Positions 8,433 to 18,088 are shown, numbered from the stretch's first letter. The stretch is 64,000 nucleotides of DNA from an uncultured Armatimonadetes bacterium (GCA_963717145.1 OY970325.1:5302868-5366867); one strand, 5' to 3'. The notes: generated by a model from the sequence alone, not told the origin. Made by a program: numbers and translations.

Positions 8433-10593
8433 GAGTCTGCAACCCCGGTATCTTTTGGGAGAGCACGGCGATCAGTTGCGGGTTGAGCTTGACGCCCTGC
8501 TTCCCGGCTCTCACGATCTGATCCCTGGCCGCTGCGTAGTCGCCTTTGTAGTAGTAACATCCTGCCAGATTGTTCTGAGCCGCCGCATTGGTCGGACTGA
8601 TCCGAATCGCCTCGAGGTACTCCGCGATCGCCTCGTCGTACTTCTTCTGCGACAGAAGCATATTCGCCAGGTTGTTGTGCGCTTCAGAGTACTTGGGGTT
8701 CAGTCGGATGGCTTCCGCGTATTCATCCATCGCGCCGTCCGCGTCCCCGAGTTGCTTCAACACCAGGCCCAGGTTGTAGTGAACCTCCGCGAACTTCGGA
8801 TCCAGCTCGATCACCCTCCTGAAGGACTCTGCCGCTTCGTCCATCCTGCCGAGCGCCATCTGGGACTTCCCGACGCCGTAGTAAGCACTCGACTGGTCGG
8901 GCGACTGCTCCAGGAACTCGTTGAATTGCCCGATCGCGTCCTCATACCTGCCCATCACCGCATATGCATTTGCCAGGTTGCCGTGAGCCTCAGCGTAATC
9001 CGGATTGCATGCCAGGGCGGCCACATAACACTCCACCGCCTTGTCGAACTCCTTGCGCTCGGAGTAGATGTTGCCCAGATTCATATGCCCGTACGCGTAT
9101 CGTGGGTTGATCTCCAGCGCCTCGGCATAGTGCGCGGCGGCCTCGTCGAGCTTGCCGTGCTCCTCCAGGTAGACGCCCAGATTGTTGTGAGCGACCTCGT
9201 TTCTCGGGTTCACGGCGATAGTGTGCTCGAACAGAGTCCGACCGTTCTTCCAGTAGCCGACCTGCCTCCAGGTGACGGGGAAGAGAGCGGCGAGGACGAT
9301 GACTGCCAGGATTGCACGTATGGGAGTATGCGAGTATGGGGGTGCGGGAGTCTGGTCCTCTATCTTAGTCTTGCTCTTGCCCTTGCTCTTACTCTCGCTC
9401 CCATACTCCCGCACTCCCACACTCCCATACTCAGCCACTCCCCACGTCAGCATCAAGAACAGCCCGATCAGCGGGATGTACGTATACCGGTCCGCCATCG
9501 CCTGGAAGCCGACCTGCACCAGTCCGATGACAGGCACGAGCGTCACGAGGAACCACAGCCATCCGACGGTGAGATAGGTGCGCTTGCGTCCGAAGTACAA
9601 CGCCCCTGCGGTGAGCGCCACCAAAGCCGTCGCCGATGCGATCACCCCCAAGATCGGCAGACTTGCGCCGGGATGCAGGTACGGCGTGGTGAGTTTCGCC
9701 GGCCAGAACATCTTGCCGACGTATGCCACATACGCGACAAGGGCATTTGAGAGTCTGACGCCGAGCGTGAAGCTCTGTGTTTCGGCCATCGAGCCGCCCC
9801 GCTGCTGGACGAGATACGTCACTACGCAGGATGCCGCCGACAGAACGATCAGCGGAACCTTCTCCAGGACCAGCGCCGTAGGGGAGGCCTTCAACGGCCT
9901 CCCGATCCCCGACAGACGCGAGAGATCATCGGTCCGGGCGGGCGTGGAAGCACCGCCCCTACGGGAGACGGACACCCGCCGAAGCGGCCAGTAGTCGAGC
10001 AGCAGGAGCACGAACGGCAGCGTTACGAGCATCGGTTTCGCCATCAATCCGAGTGCGAGCAGGACGAAGACAGGTGCGTACCTGGTGATGTTCGGGTGCT
10101 CGGTATACCGGACGTATGCCAGCATCGTGAGCATCCAGAAGAATGCGCTCAGGACGTCCTTCCGCTCGGCGATCCATGCGACCGATTCCACGTGAACGGG
10201 ATGGATCCCGAAAAGGGCCGCGACGAACGCGCTCCTCCAGACGAAGCCAGTCATCCGCCGAAACACCAGGAACAGGAGCACCGTGTTGATGATGTGGAAC
10301 AGGAGGTTGACCGCATGTGGACCGGCGGCCCCCGATCCGAAGATGCTCCAGTCGAGCATATGGGAGAGCCACGTCAGGGGATGCCAGTTGCTCGCGTGGC
10401 CGGTGGTGAACGCCCAGACGAACCCATCCCAAGTCATGCCGTCCTGAACGTGCGGGTTCTGAGTGACGTACTTATCGTCGTCCCAGTTGGTGAAACCGTG
10501 GCCGAAAACCTGCCAGAATGCCGCCAGGACAATCAGCGAGAGGAGCAGGCAGACCAGCAGGTCCACGCGCAGACCGAGCAGCTTGCCCTTCAT
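8428..10593 (-). CDS. TMTC-like GT-C membrane glycosyltransferase with TPR repeats (paralog)
   Basis: FTNWDDDKYV, WHPLTWLSH, HPVHVESVAWIAERKDVL, ADRYTYIP, ~7 TPRs; start MKGK follows GGAGG. Confidence 0.88.
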   Translation of the reverse strand: MKGKLLGLRVDLLVCLLLSLIVLAAFWQVFGHGFTNWDDDKYVTQNPHVQDGMTWDGFVWAFTTGHASNWHPLTWLSHMLDWSIFGSGAAGPHAVNLLFHIINTVLLFLVFRRMTGFVWRSAFVAALFGIHPVHVESVAWIAERKDVLSAFFWMLTMLAYVRYTEHPNITRYAPVFVLLALGLMAKPMLVTLPFVLLLLDYWPLRRVSVSRRGGASTPARTDDLSRLSGIGRPLKASPTALVLEKVPLIVLSAASCVVTYLVQQRGGSMAETQSFTLGVRLSNALVAYVAYVGKMFWPAKLTTPYLHPGASLPILGVIASATALVALTAGALYFGRKRTYLTVGWLWFLVTLVPVIGLVQVGFQAMADRYTYIPLIGLFLMLTWGVAEYGSVGVREYGSESKSKGKSKTKIEDQTPAPPYSHTPIRAILAVIVLAALFPVTWRQVGYWKNGRTLFEHTIAVNPRNEVAHNNLGVYLEEHGKLDEAAAHYAEALEINPRYAYGHMNLGNIYSERKEFDKAVECYVAALACNPDYAEAHGNLANAYAVMGRYEDAIGQFNEFLEQSPDQSSAYYGVGKSQMALGRMDEAAESFRRVIELDPKFAEVHYNLGLVLKQLGDADGAMDEYAEAIRLNPKYSEAHNNLANMLLSQKKYDEAIAEYLEAIRISPTNAAAQNNLAGCYYYKGDYAAARDQIVRAGKQGVKLNPQLIAVLSQKIPGLQTP
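9317..9432. repeat. Family D inverted octamer array with central (TCTTGC)n, intragenic
   Basis: Translated EYGSVGVREYGSESKSKGKSKTKIEDQTPAPPYSHTPI. Confidence 0.85.
9877..9963. repeat. Family C GTAG-REP doublet, intragenic and in frame
   Basis: CGTAGGGGAGGCCTTCAACGGCCTCCCG ... CGGGCGGGCGTGGAAGCACCGCCCCTACG; 87 bp. Confidence 0.88.
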
Positions 10594-10701
10594 TATTGAA
10601 CCTCCAGTCTGGGGTTGGTAGATTCGTTCCATGAGAACAGATGCTTTGCGAGTTGATGCCCGGTGGAACTGCGGCGGGATGGGCATCAGGCTTGTGAGCA
10701 C

Positions 10702-10730
10702 AGCATACTACGCGGGCGGCGTTTCGTCAA
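10702..10730 (-). promoter_or_regulatory. Sigma70-type promoter for the TMTC-like pair
   Basis: TTGACG-N17-TATGCT on the minus strand. Confidence 0.6.
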
Positions 10731-10740
10731 CAGGGATTGT

Positions 10741-12819
10741 CTACGCGTCGCTATCTGCCGTCCTCTCCCACTTCACGGCCAGGCAGGCGATGTCATCATG
10801 AAGCACTCCGGCGGACCATGATCTTGCACGGTCGACGATCTTGTCGATCATCCCCTCGGATGGCAGGGAGAGGAGTTCGGCGCACACAGCGGTCAGCCCC
10901 TCCACGCCGAACATCTTGCCCTGCCTTCGTACCTCGGTCAGGCCGTCGGTGTAGAGAAGGATGCCGTTTACTCCGGACAGATCGGCCTCAGTTGTCTGGT
11001 ATTTGGCAGACTCATCGATGGCCAGGGGAAGTCCCGAGTGCTGCTCCATAGATATGCAGACGCCTTCCCGAAGCATCACCGGCATCATATGCCCGGCGTT
11101 CGCATACTGGATGGTCCGGTTCTTCGTATCGAGCACGCCAGCGAAGACGGTGACAAATCGCATATCCCCGAAACGATTCCTCGCCAGCGCTGAGTTCGTC
11201 AGTTCGAATGCTTCCCCAGGCGGCATTCCGTGAAGCAGTAGACCCCGAAGTGTGTAGACAGTCATCGCCATCATGGACGCAGCATCGAGACCGTGTCCGG
11301 AGACATCGCCGATCACCAGAGCCAGCTTCCCGTCGTCCAGGGCGAACACATCATACAGATCGCCTCCGACCTCAGCCACCTGCTCTGCGGGGATGTATCG
11401 CACGGCGATATCCATGCCGGGGATGTCGGGTACCTTGGGTAGAAGACTGAGCTGCAGCATCTCCGCTATGTGGTGCTCGCGCTCATAGGCAATGGAGTTC
11501 CTAATCGCGACGGCCGCCTGCCTGGCGAAACTCGAAAGGAGTTCCGCCTCTCTGGGGCCGAACCCGGCTGACCTGGGCGAGTACACCTGGATCACTCCTA
11601 ACGTGTGCTTATCGGATATGATCGACGCCGAGACGACGGACTTGGCCGGCGGTCCCTCGAGATGCTGGCAGTGGCAATCCGGGTCGTGGCCGGGGATAGT
11701 GCTTACGTCGTCGATCACCACCGGATTGTAGCCGGACATGGCCATCCCGGCCGCAGTGTGTTCCGGGGACACTGCGCGGCCGGTTACCAGCATTCCGATC
11801 TGTGCCTCGATGCGGAGTTCCCCATCATGGGTGAGCATCACCGCACTTGATCGGGCTCCGAGCATATCGGATGCAATCTCCGCGATCAGTTGCAGTACCT
11901 GCTTCGAATCCAGACTCGAGGCGAGCGCGGTTCCAATCCGAGAGAACGACTGCTCGATCTGATCCCTGGCCTTCACAAGCTGGTAGTACGGTCGCTGCAG
12001 CGATGATACGAACACCGCCCGGAATATCATCAGGTAGGCGGCGACTTTGTACAGGTGGCCGAGAACATTATAGGTGTCGAACGCGCTGGCGTAGAGAGTG
12101 AAACTCAGTTCGCTGAAGATGCCGACGACGAGAGCTGACTGCAGGAGGACTATGTTCGACGCACCGTGTCCTCGCCTCCCAAAGACGTAGACCGACAGAG
12201 CATAAAGCGCGATAACCGTCCATTCGAGTCCGATCTTCAGAGGTGTAAGGCCTTGCCCGGGGACAAACATGGGAGGCAGGGCCTGAGGATAGTAGGATAC
12301 GACTGCCACAAACGCCGCAACCAGCGCGGTGACGCCGGCAGCGAGGATGCCGGGAGCAGGCAGCCTGCGACGGCTGTCGGCGACTACGAATGCGGCGATC
12401 AGTATGCCGATTCCATCGACCAAGCGTGCGGCAACCCAGTACGTGGCCGCCTTCGAGACGCTGTTTGGAGACAGGAACGCCGGCATTCCGCTGTAGGACA
12501 GTACGTGTGCGAAGTCGATCAGGCCGACGGTAAGGAATGTGATCCCGATGACCAGGTCCTGCCTGTTGGCAGTCTGCTTGTAGCCATACCAGCCTATCGT
12601 GAATACGGCAAAGCTGACTACGATGCTCAGGAACTCGAAGGCGATGTGGAAAACGATGTAGTCGTGTATGGGCATCACCCCGTAGAAGATGCCCGGGAGC
12701 AGACCGACGAGCGCGAAGCTGAGCGCGCATATGCCGAATGCCATTCCGAGCAGTCTGGTTCGGGACTGCGCGCTGATCGGCGCTGCCGGATCGGGAGGTA
12801 TGGCGGTATTCAGTTTCAG
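10741..12819 (-). CDS. MASE3-GAF-SpoIIE (PP2C) membrane sensor phosphatase
   Basis: FHIAFEFLSIVV/DFAHVLSYSGMP (MASE3-like), GAF, VGGDLYD, IGDVSGHG, YTDGL, DDIACL; start uncertain (CTG 12819 or ATG 12861). Confidence 0.85.
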   Translation of the reverse strand: MKLNTAIPPDPAAPISAQSRTRLLGMAFGICALSFALVGLLPGIFYGVMPIHDYIVFHIAFEFLSIVVSFAVFTIGWYGYKQTANRQDLVIGITFLTVGLIDFAHVLSYSGMPAFLSPNSVSKAATYWVAARLVDGIGILIAAFVVADSRRRLPAPGILAAGVTALVAAFVAVVSYYPQALPPMFVPGQGLTPLKIGLEWTVIALYALSVYVFGRRGHGASNIVLLQSALVVGIFSELSFTLYASAFDTYNVLGHLYKVAAYLMIFRAVFVSSLQRPYYQLVKARDQIEQSFSRIGTALASSLDSKQVLQLIAEIASDMLGARSSAVMLTHDGELRIEAQIGMLVTGRAVSPEHTAAGMAMSGYNPVVIDDVSTIPGHDPDCHCQHLEGPPAKSVVSASIISDKHTLGVIQVYSPRSAGFGPREAELLSSFARQAAVAIRNSIAYEREHHIAEMLQLSLLPKVPDIPGMDIAVRYIPAEQVAEVGGDLYDVFALDDGKLALVIGDVSGHGLDAASMMAMTVYTLRGLLLHGMPPGEAFELTNSALARNRFGDMRFVTVFAGVLDTKNRTIQYANAGHMMPVMLREGVCISMEQHSGLPLAIDESAKYQTTEADLSGVNGILLYTDGLTEVRRQGKMFGVEGLTAVCAELLSLPSEGMIDKIVDRARSWSAGVLHDDIACLAVKWERTADSDA

Positions 12820-12863
12820 GGCCTTTCCTCCTTGCCGTGAGTGATCGCCCCACGGGTACATCC

Positions 12864-12892
12864 ATTATATTGAGTGATGACGCGGATGTCTA
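12864..12892 (-). promoter_or_regulatory. Sigma70-type promoter
   Basis: TAGACA-N17-TATAAT on the minus strand. Confidence 0.65.
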
Positions 12893-12908
12893 CCCACCGG
12901 GGGGTGTT

Positions 12909-14777
12909 TCATTTACGCTGCAGTCGGAAGAGGTTGGACGTCGAGAATGCGGCCGGCGTCCGGCCCGATGTGGGCAGCCATGAAGTGTATCGGTTGCCCG
13001 CATTTCCCGCACTGGCGAAATCGCAGAGGACGACCGGGCTGTCCTTCGTCGCTAGGCGGACGAGGATCCAAGGCTCAGGCCGATATCCATGCGAGGGGAT
13101 CATCTCGGGCTCAGCATCGAGGCCGAGTTCCGGGAGCGTATCGGGCCCGCCGAAACGCTGGTCGTGTGCCAGCAGGATGGGTCCTCGGTGGACGGACACC
13201 TTGCCCTCGCACTCGCGCTCGCCAACCCAGAACCACGGGCGCATGTCGAGACTGATCTCGACCGTATCGCCGTCTTTCCACTCGCGGTCGAGCGTCAGAT
13301 AGGTTCCTGCGACGGCCTCGACCTCACCGCCGTTCAGGTGCACACTCGTCTTCTCGCTCCAAGCGGGGATGCGGAACCTGATCGCCAGACTGCTCGGGGT
13401 GTCGATGCCGACTTTGAAGCGGATCCTGCCATGCCTGGGGTAGTCGGTCTCCTGTGAGAGAGTCAGACGCCTCCCGTTCGGGGCGGTCACCTCGAACTTC
13501 GACGGCCCATAGTAGTTGACGGTGACGCTGCCGTCCCTGCCGGTCATGATCGCCCATTCCGACAGAAATCCGAGGCCGCGCGGGCCGTTCACCGAGCAGC
13601 AGTTCAGTTCCGGCGTGCCGGGTCGTGCCTGGAAGGCAATCTCATCAGTGCTTGCACGTCGGACGCCGTCCATCGGCGTGTTGTACGTGTACCAGCGACC
13701 ATTCGGTTCCTGAGAGCCGAGAACCGCGTTGAAGGTCGAAAGTTCGAGTTCGTCCGCGACCCTCGAGTCCCCGGTGAGTTGGAGCATATCGACCGTCATC
13801 GCCATCCATGCGATCGTGCAGCAGGTCTCGATCGCGCCCTGGTGATACGGGTTGCCCTGCGCCTTCTCGCCGGATGAGAATCCGCCGGTGTTATGGCGGT
13901 CGAGCTTGGCGATGCTCCACCAAATGCGCTCGAAGGCCGTGCGGTACTTCTCGTCGCCGGTGATGTGGTACATCTCGCCGATCGCCTGGATCGCGTGGAG
14001 GCCCTCCCATCGGCACTGCGGCATCTCGAAGTACTCCTTGCCGGCCAGGGCCTGGCGGATGTAGTCGCCCGAGCCGGGCCTCTCGAAGTCCTTCATGATC
14101 TCAGTCGCCATGTCGAGGTAGCGCTTGTTGCCGGTTTCCTGATGAAGCAGCGTGAAGATATGGGCGCACGACTCGTTCATCTCGTAGTCGCCCGCATCGG
14201 CCACTCGTTTGCCGCCGTCGAGGAAGTAGCGGGTGAAGTAGTCGGCGCACTTGAGGCACGAGTCGAGCGCCTCCCTGTCGCCGGTCTCCTCATACCAGAG
14301 ATAGAGGCCGAGCATGCAGTGATACTGCCCCCAGAGGTCCCAGATTCCCGGCCCCAGCATGCGTTTCTCCGCCCACCACGGGCCGAGGTAGCCGTCGTCG
14401 CCCTGGGTCGCCCTGAACTCATTGATGAACTCCCTGAGGAACGAGAGCAACTCCTTGTCGCGAGTGAGCCGGTAGCAGAGGACGGCCGAGGTCAGGTACT
14501 TCCCCGCGAACTCTCCGGACCAGGGGTTCAGGTTCGCGGGCTGGTTGCGCTCCCGGTCGCGGAACATCTGGAGCATCCCCGGATTCGACTTCGGCGCCTG
14601 CTTCAGCCAGTTCTCCTGGTTCACCTTGATCCTGTCACCGACGAAGCCCCGAAACTCCAGATCCGTCTTGGCGATCGGCGTCATCACCTTGGGGATGCGC
14701 CCCGTCGCCGATGCATCACCCGTCGTCGCCAGGAGACAGACCATCAGAACCAGACAGCATGCCAGATGCTCGCTCAT
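12909..14777 (-). CDS. Secreted GH127/GH146-type beta-L-arabinofuranosidase-like glycoside hydrolase
   Basis: Signal peptide; GEFAGKYL, ETCCTIAW, NCCSVNGPRG, QETDYP, RIPAWS. Confidence 0.85.
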   Translation of the reverse strand: MSEHLACCLVLMVCLLATTGDASATGRIPKVMTPIAKTDLEFRGFVGDRIKVNQENWLKQAPKSNPGMLQMFRDRERNQPANLNPWSGEFAGKYLTSAVLCYRLTRDKELLSFLREFINEFRATQGDDGYLGPWWAEKRMLGPGIWDLWGQYHCMLGLYLWYEETGDREALDSCLKCADYFTRYFLDGGKRVADAGDYEMNESCAHIFTLLHQETGNKRYLDMATEIMKDFERPGSGDYIRQALAGKEYFEMPQCRWEGLHAIQAIGEMYHITGDEKYRTAFERIWWSIAKLDRHNTGGFSSGEKAQGNPYHQGAIETCCTIAWMAMTVDMLQLTGDSRVADELELSTFNAVLGSQEPNGRWYTYNTPMDGVRRASTDEIAFQARPGTPELNCCSVNGPRGLGFLSEWAIMTGRDGSVTVNYYGPSKFEVTAPNGRRLTLSQETDYPRHGRIRFKVGIDTPSSLAIRFRIPAWSEKTSVHLNGGEVEAVAGTYLTLDREWKDGDTVEISLDMRPWFWVGERECEGKVSVHRGPILLAHDQRFGGPDTLPELGLDAEPEMIPSHGYRPEPWILVRLATKDSPVVLCDFASAGNAGNRYTSWLPTSGRTPAAFSTSNLFRLQRK

Positions 14778-17700
14778 TCTGCTGTTACCTCGACATCACA
14801 CTCGGCATACGCGGAGAAGTCATTATCGGGTCCCGCGGTCACTCCGACCTTGTAGCTGCGTCCTCCGGTCATATTCGGCACTACGACTTTGAACTGCAGC
14901 TTGGCAGATGTCTTCGGTCCGGCAGACAGCTTGACTGCATCGCTGATCAGGTTCCATCCCTGTGGGAGGTAGAAATGCAGATCCGTATCCACGGGAGTCG
15001 CGACCTTGTTCCTCAACACTATCTCGAAATCGATCGCCTTGCCTGCGCCCGTTGTGATGCTTGTCGGACTTATGGACAGATCAAACGATTGGTCCGGCTC
15101 AACAGCTAGCGACCTCTGTTGGGTAGCCTCCTTGTTCCCCACGGTGTACACCGCTGTTCCCGTAAACCATGCGACATCTCGGTCCTTTCCATGCCCTATG
15201 TACAGCCTAACAGCGATATCTAACGATCTTCCCGGTGCAATGGTCGGCGCACTCTTGATGACCGGCAGCTCGGCTATCCGGACGTTGGAATCCGACACTA
15301 TTCCCCAGATCTTCGGGAGAGCCAAATCCACTTGCGCGTTCACGAGGGGCGATTTGCCGGTGTTGACCAGTGAGCATCGCAAGGTGACCTCCTGACCAGT
15401 ATAGAGGTCCCCCTCGATCCTCAGCTTCAATTGCCCCTGCTCGACGGTGACCGGGACCGCTTGCGCCGCGAGCTTCTGCGCCTCCGCGAGCGGCATGATC
15501 TCGAGAGTATGGAGATCGTGCGCCTCCAGAACGAGCTTCACCTCGACGCTCGGCATCGGCTTGTCCGCCTGCACGAGTATCCGCCCGGCCGCGAGGTCGA
15601 TCAGGCAGCTTCCCTTGGCAAGCGGCTTCGGGATCGCGACGGAAGCGTACTTCCGGCTGCCGGTGTCGTTCAAGACCGCGAGCCGGTCGCCGAACCACTT
15701 CACCCAGACATCCGGGTCCTCGGGCTTGCGGTACTTCGCACCCGGAGCGGTGTTAATCACCTTCACGTCGCCCTCGAAGTCCTTCGGCTCGGCGTACGGC
15801 AGCGCCCGAAACGCCCGCGCAAATCGCCTGAGGTCGGTCTCATGCCCGATGCTCGCGCGCTCCCAGCCCATGAACGCCATCGTGTGGACGTTGGCCTTGC
15901 GGATGGAATATGTCGCCGGCTCGAAGTAGAATTGCCCCGGAGGAGCCGCCGTCGAGGTCCGCAGCGACGTGCCGTACTCGGGATCGGGGTGGGGGACTTC
16001 CTCCCAGTAGTTGTGGTAGAACTCGACCGACTGACCGGCGGGCGTCTGATAGCACTCGGTGACGCCGTCCGCATAGTTGAACGCCTTGTGCGCCCAGGCG
16101 TTCGTTCCCTGTGGCGGACCCCACTTGCCGAAGTATCGGTCGCTCCCGATCATCATCCCGCGCTGGATGAGGATGCCCTCGTCCTGACGGAACATCTCCG
16201 GGTCGAAGCCGTGATGCCTCATCAGGTCGCGCGGAGACGTGCCATTCACCCACTCGATGTTGTAGCCGGGATACTCGCTCGGGAGGTCACATGCGATCAC
16301 CAGGTTCATCTCGGGCCTGTATGAGCGCACGATGTCCCGCGCCTCGAGCCAGAAGTCGTGCGTGCGCCTGCATCGCCAGTCGATCCACTTCTCCCATGCA
16401 TTCGCCCGCAGCCAGTCGTACGCCTGGAGGTTCTCCGGGACCTTGACGCCTGCATCCTTCTCGAATTCGGCGATATCCCACTTGGAGTAGCCGGTATCCT
16501 GCCCGCACTTCGTCGCCTCGAAGCCGACGTAGCACGTCCCCAGCTTGGCGTTCACGCGGAATCCGACGCCCGGCACGTTGGGGTACTTCGCCGCGCGCTC
16601 GGCGACCTCGCGGAGGCACTTGAACATCCACTCTTGGACCTCCGGCCTCAACGGGTCGAGCGCGAACTGGCCCATCGTGTTGGTGTACGTCTTGCCATCG
16701 CGGTCGAGTTGCAGAGAGAGCCGGGTGAAGCCGTTCTTGTCAGGCGTGAGCGGAATCCTGTCGATGTCGCCGCCGTAATCCGGCACGAATATCGGCGTCA
16801 CGATCGGCACGACATCGATCCCCTGTTGGGACGCCAGCGGAAGCAGCTCCTCGAACAGGTTGGCGTCGAACGGCTTGTAGAGTTTCGAGTCGTACCAGGC
16901 GCGGCTCGCGGTGTCCGAGCCGTTGATGATGTGGAGTTGAAGCTCGTTAAAGCCGCAGAATCTCGCGTAATCGACGAACGACTTCAGCCCGCGCAGGCGG
17001 TTCTCCTTGCTCGTGGCCGGCGTTCCGTAGTGCGAGTACAAGAACCAGGGGTGGGGGACATAGAGCGCCAACCGCCGCTCCGACCCGGCCGTTCGGGAGG
17101 GAGTTGGACTCCCTCCCGCAGAACTCACCGGGGAGTTGAACTCCCGTCCCAGTCTTGCGGGAGGGAGTCCAACTCCCTCCCGAACGGCCGCCATGTTGCC
17201 GAGTGGGTCGATGACATCAAAGATCCAGATCCGAGCGACCGCCGCACCATTGTTCTCGCCGGGAGTCTCCTCGCTCGCCTGATGGGAGATCGTGACCTTG
17301 ACCTCCGCCGCCTTCGGATAGTAGAGGAACATGTAGTTCAGCGACTTGCCGTCGGTCGGATACTCGCGCCCGGTGTAGAGTGTCCCGCCGACATCCGGGT
17401 TGTAGCAGTTGTCCTCCTGGCAGTCGACGGGGATGATCTCCTCGCCGGTGTACGGAGCGGCCCACGGCTTGCCCTTGGGGACGGTCGTCGTGACCGTCGT
17501 GTATCGCTCGATGTCGTTGATCGTCTGGACGACTATGAGGTGCGGTCGGCCCGGCTGGGGTCGCGTCTTGAGGAAGTAGGCGTACCACGAGAGGTCGCCG
17601 GATCCGGCGGTCAGGCGGTATGGCTGTCCACCAAGCTGGACCAGGCGCGACTTCCCGTCGTCGACGAAGCCGTGATCCGTCCGGGCGCAGTCGACGTAGT

Positions 17701-17995
17701 CCACCAACTCGCATCGGAGCATTCCGTGGAAGCCGTTCCTGCTCAGTATCTCGCTCAACGAACTCCTGGGCGAAGGCATCGGAACTCCGGCGACCGAGTC
17801 GGCGGGATAGTAGTAGACTCCGGCATCGTCGATGGGCAGGTACTTCCGCCCTTCGAGGGCGATGCTGCCACCGTCCTTGGCCACGGTCGGCGTCTCCTTT
17901 CCGACCGCGCAGCACGCGACCGAGATCGAAACAGCGATGAAGAGCAGAGTCATCGCCCTTCGTTTGTGGGTAAAAGCCTTGTCAGTTGGTTTCAT
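14774..17995 (-). CDS. Large secreted hypothetical protein (putative glycoside-hydrolase-like TIM barrel plus C-terminal Ig-like/NEW3 domains)
   Basis: 1073-aa ORF with signal peptide; LDPLRPEVQEW and W.DWRC motifs; overlaps GH127 by 4 nt. Confidence 0.6.
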   Translation of the reverse strand: MKPTDKAFTHKRRAMTLLFIAVSISVACCAVGKETPTVAKDGGSIALEGRKYLPIDDAGVYYYPADSVAGVPMPSPRSSLSEILSRNGFHGMLRCELVDYVDCARTDHGFVDDGKSRLVQLGGQPYRLTAGSGDLSWYAYFLKTRPQPGRPHLIVVQTINDIERYTTVTTTVPKGKPWAAPYTGEEIIPVDCQEDNCYNPDVGGTLYTGREYPTDGKSLNYMFLYYPKAAEVKVTISHQASEETPGENNGAAVARIWIFDVIDPLGNMAAVREGVGLPPARLGREFNSPVSSAGGSPTPSRTAGSERRLALYVPHPWFLYSHYGTPATSKENRLRGLKSFVDYARFCGFNELQLHIINGSDTASRAWYDSKLYKPFDANLFEELLPLASQQGIDVVPIVTPIFVPDYGGDIDRIPLTPDKNGFTRLSLQLDRDGKTYTNTMGQFALDPLRPEVQEWMFKCLREVAERAAKYPNVPGVGFRVNAKLGTCYVGFEATKCGQDTGYSKWDIAEFEKDAGVKVPENLQAYDWLRANAWEKWIDWRCRRTHDFWLEARDIVRSYRPEMNLVIACDLPSEYPGYNIEWVNGTSPRDLMRHHGFDPEMFRQDEGILIQRGMMIGSDRYFGKWGPPQGTNAWAHKAFNYADGVTECYQTPAGQSVEFYHNYWEEVPHPDPEYGTSLRTSTAAPPGQFYFEPATYSIRKANVHTMAFMGWERASIGHETDLRRFARAFRALPYAEPKDFEGDVKVINTAPGAKYRKPEDPDVWVKWFGDRLAVLNDTGSRKYASVAIPKPLAKGSCLIDLAAGRILVQADKPMPSVEVKLVLEAHDLHTLEIMPLAEAQKLAAQAVPVTVEQGQLKLRIEGDLYTGQEVTLRCSLVNTGKSPLVNAQVDLALPKIWGIVSDSNVRIAELPVIKSAPTIAPGRSLDIAVRLYIGHGKDRDVAWFTGTAVYTVGNKEATQQRSLAVEPDQSFDLSISPTSITTGAGKAIDFEIVLRNKVATPVDTDLHFYLPQGWNLISDAVKLSAGPKTSAKLQFKVVVPNMTGGRSYKVGVTAGPDNDFSAYAECDVEVTAE
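17086..17190. repeat. Family E composite palindrome (GGAGT-NNN-ACTCC core), intragenic and in frame
   Basis: Perfect 35-bp inverted repeat around a central GGGAGTTGAACTCCC; 105 bp = 35 codons. Confidence 0.92.
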
Positions 17996-18002
17996 GTTCT
18001 CA

Positions 18003-18088
18003 CTTTGGAGTGCGGAAGCGAAGTCTGCGGAGCTTCCGCTTTGGGTCTAGAGCGGAAGCTCCGCAGACTCCGCTTCCGCACTCCAAAG
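18003..18088. repeat. Family B variant long hairpin
   Basis: CTTTGGAGTGCGGAAGCG..GGAGCTTCCGCT / AGCGGAAGCTCC..CGCTTCCGCACTCCAAAG. Confidence 0.88.

Noticed and set aside
10594..10700. Riboswitch in the TMTC-like gene leader
   Set aside because: Only one 8-bp hairpin (TGATGCCC/GGGCATCA); no recognisable aptamer consensus
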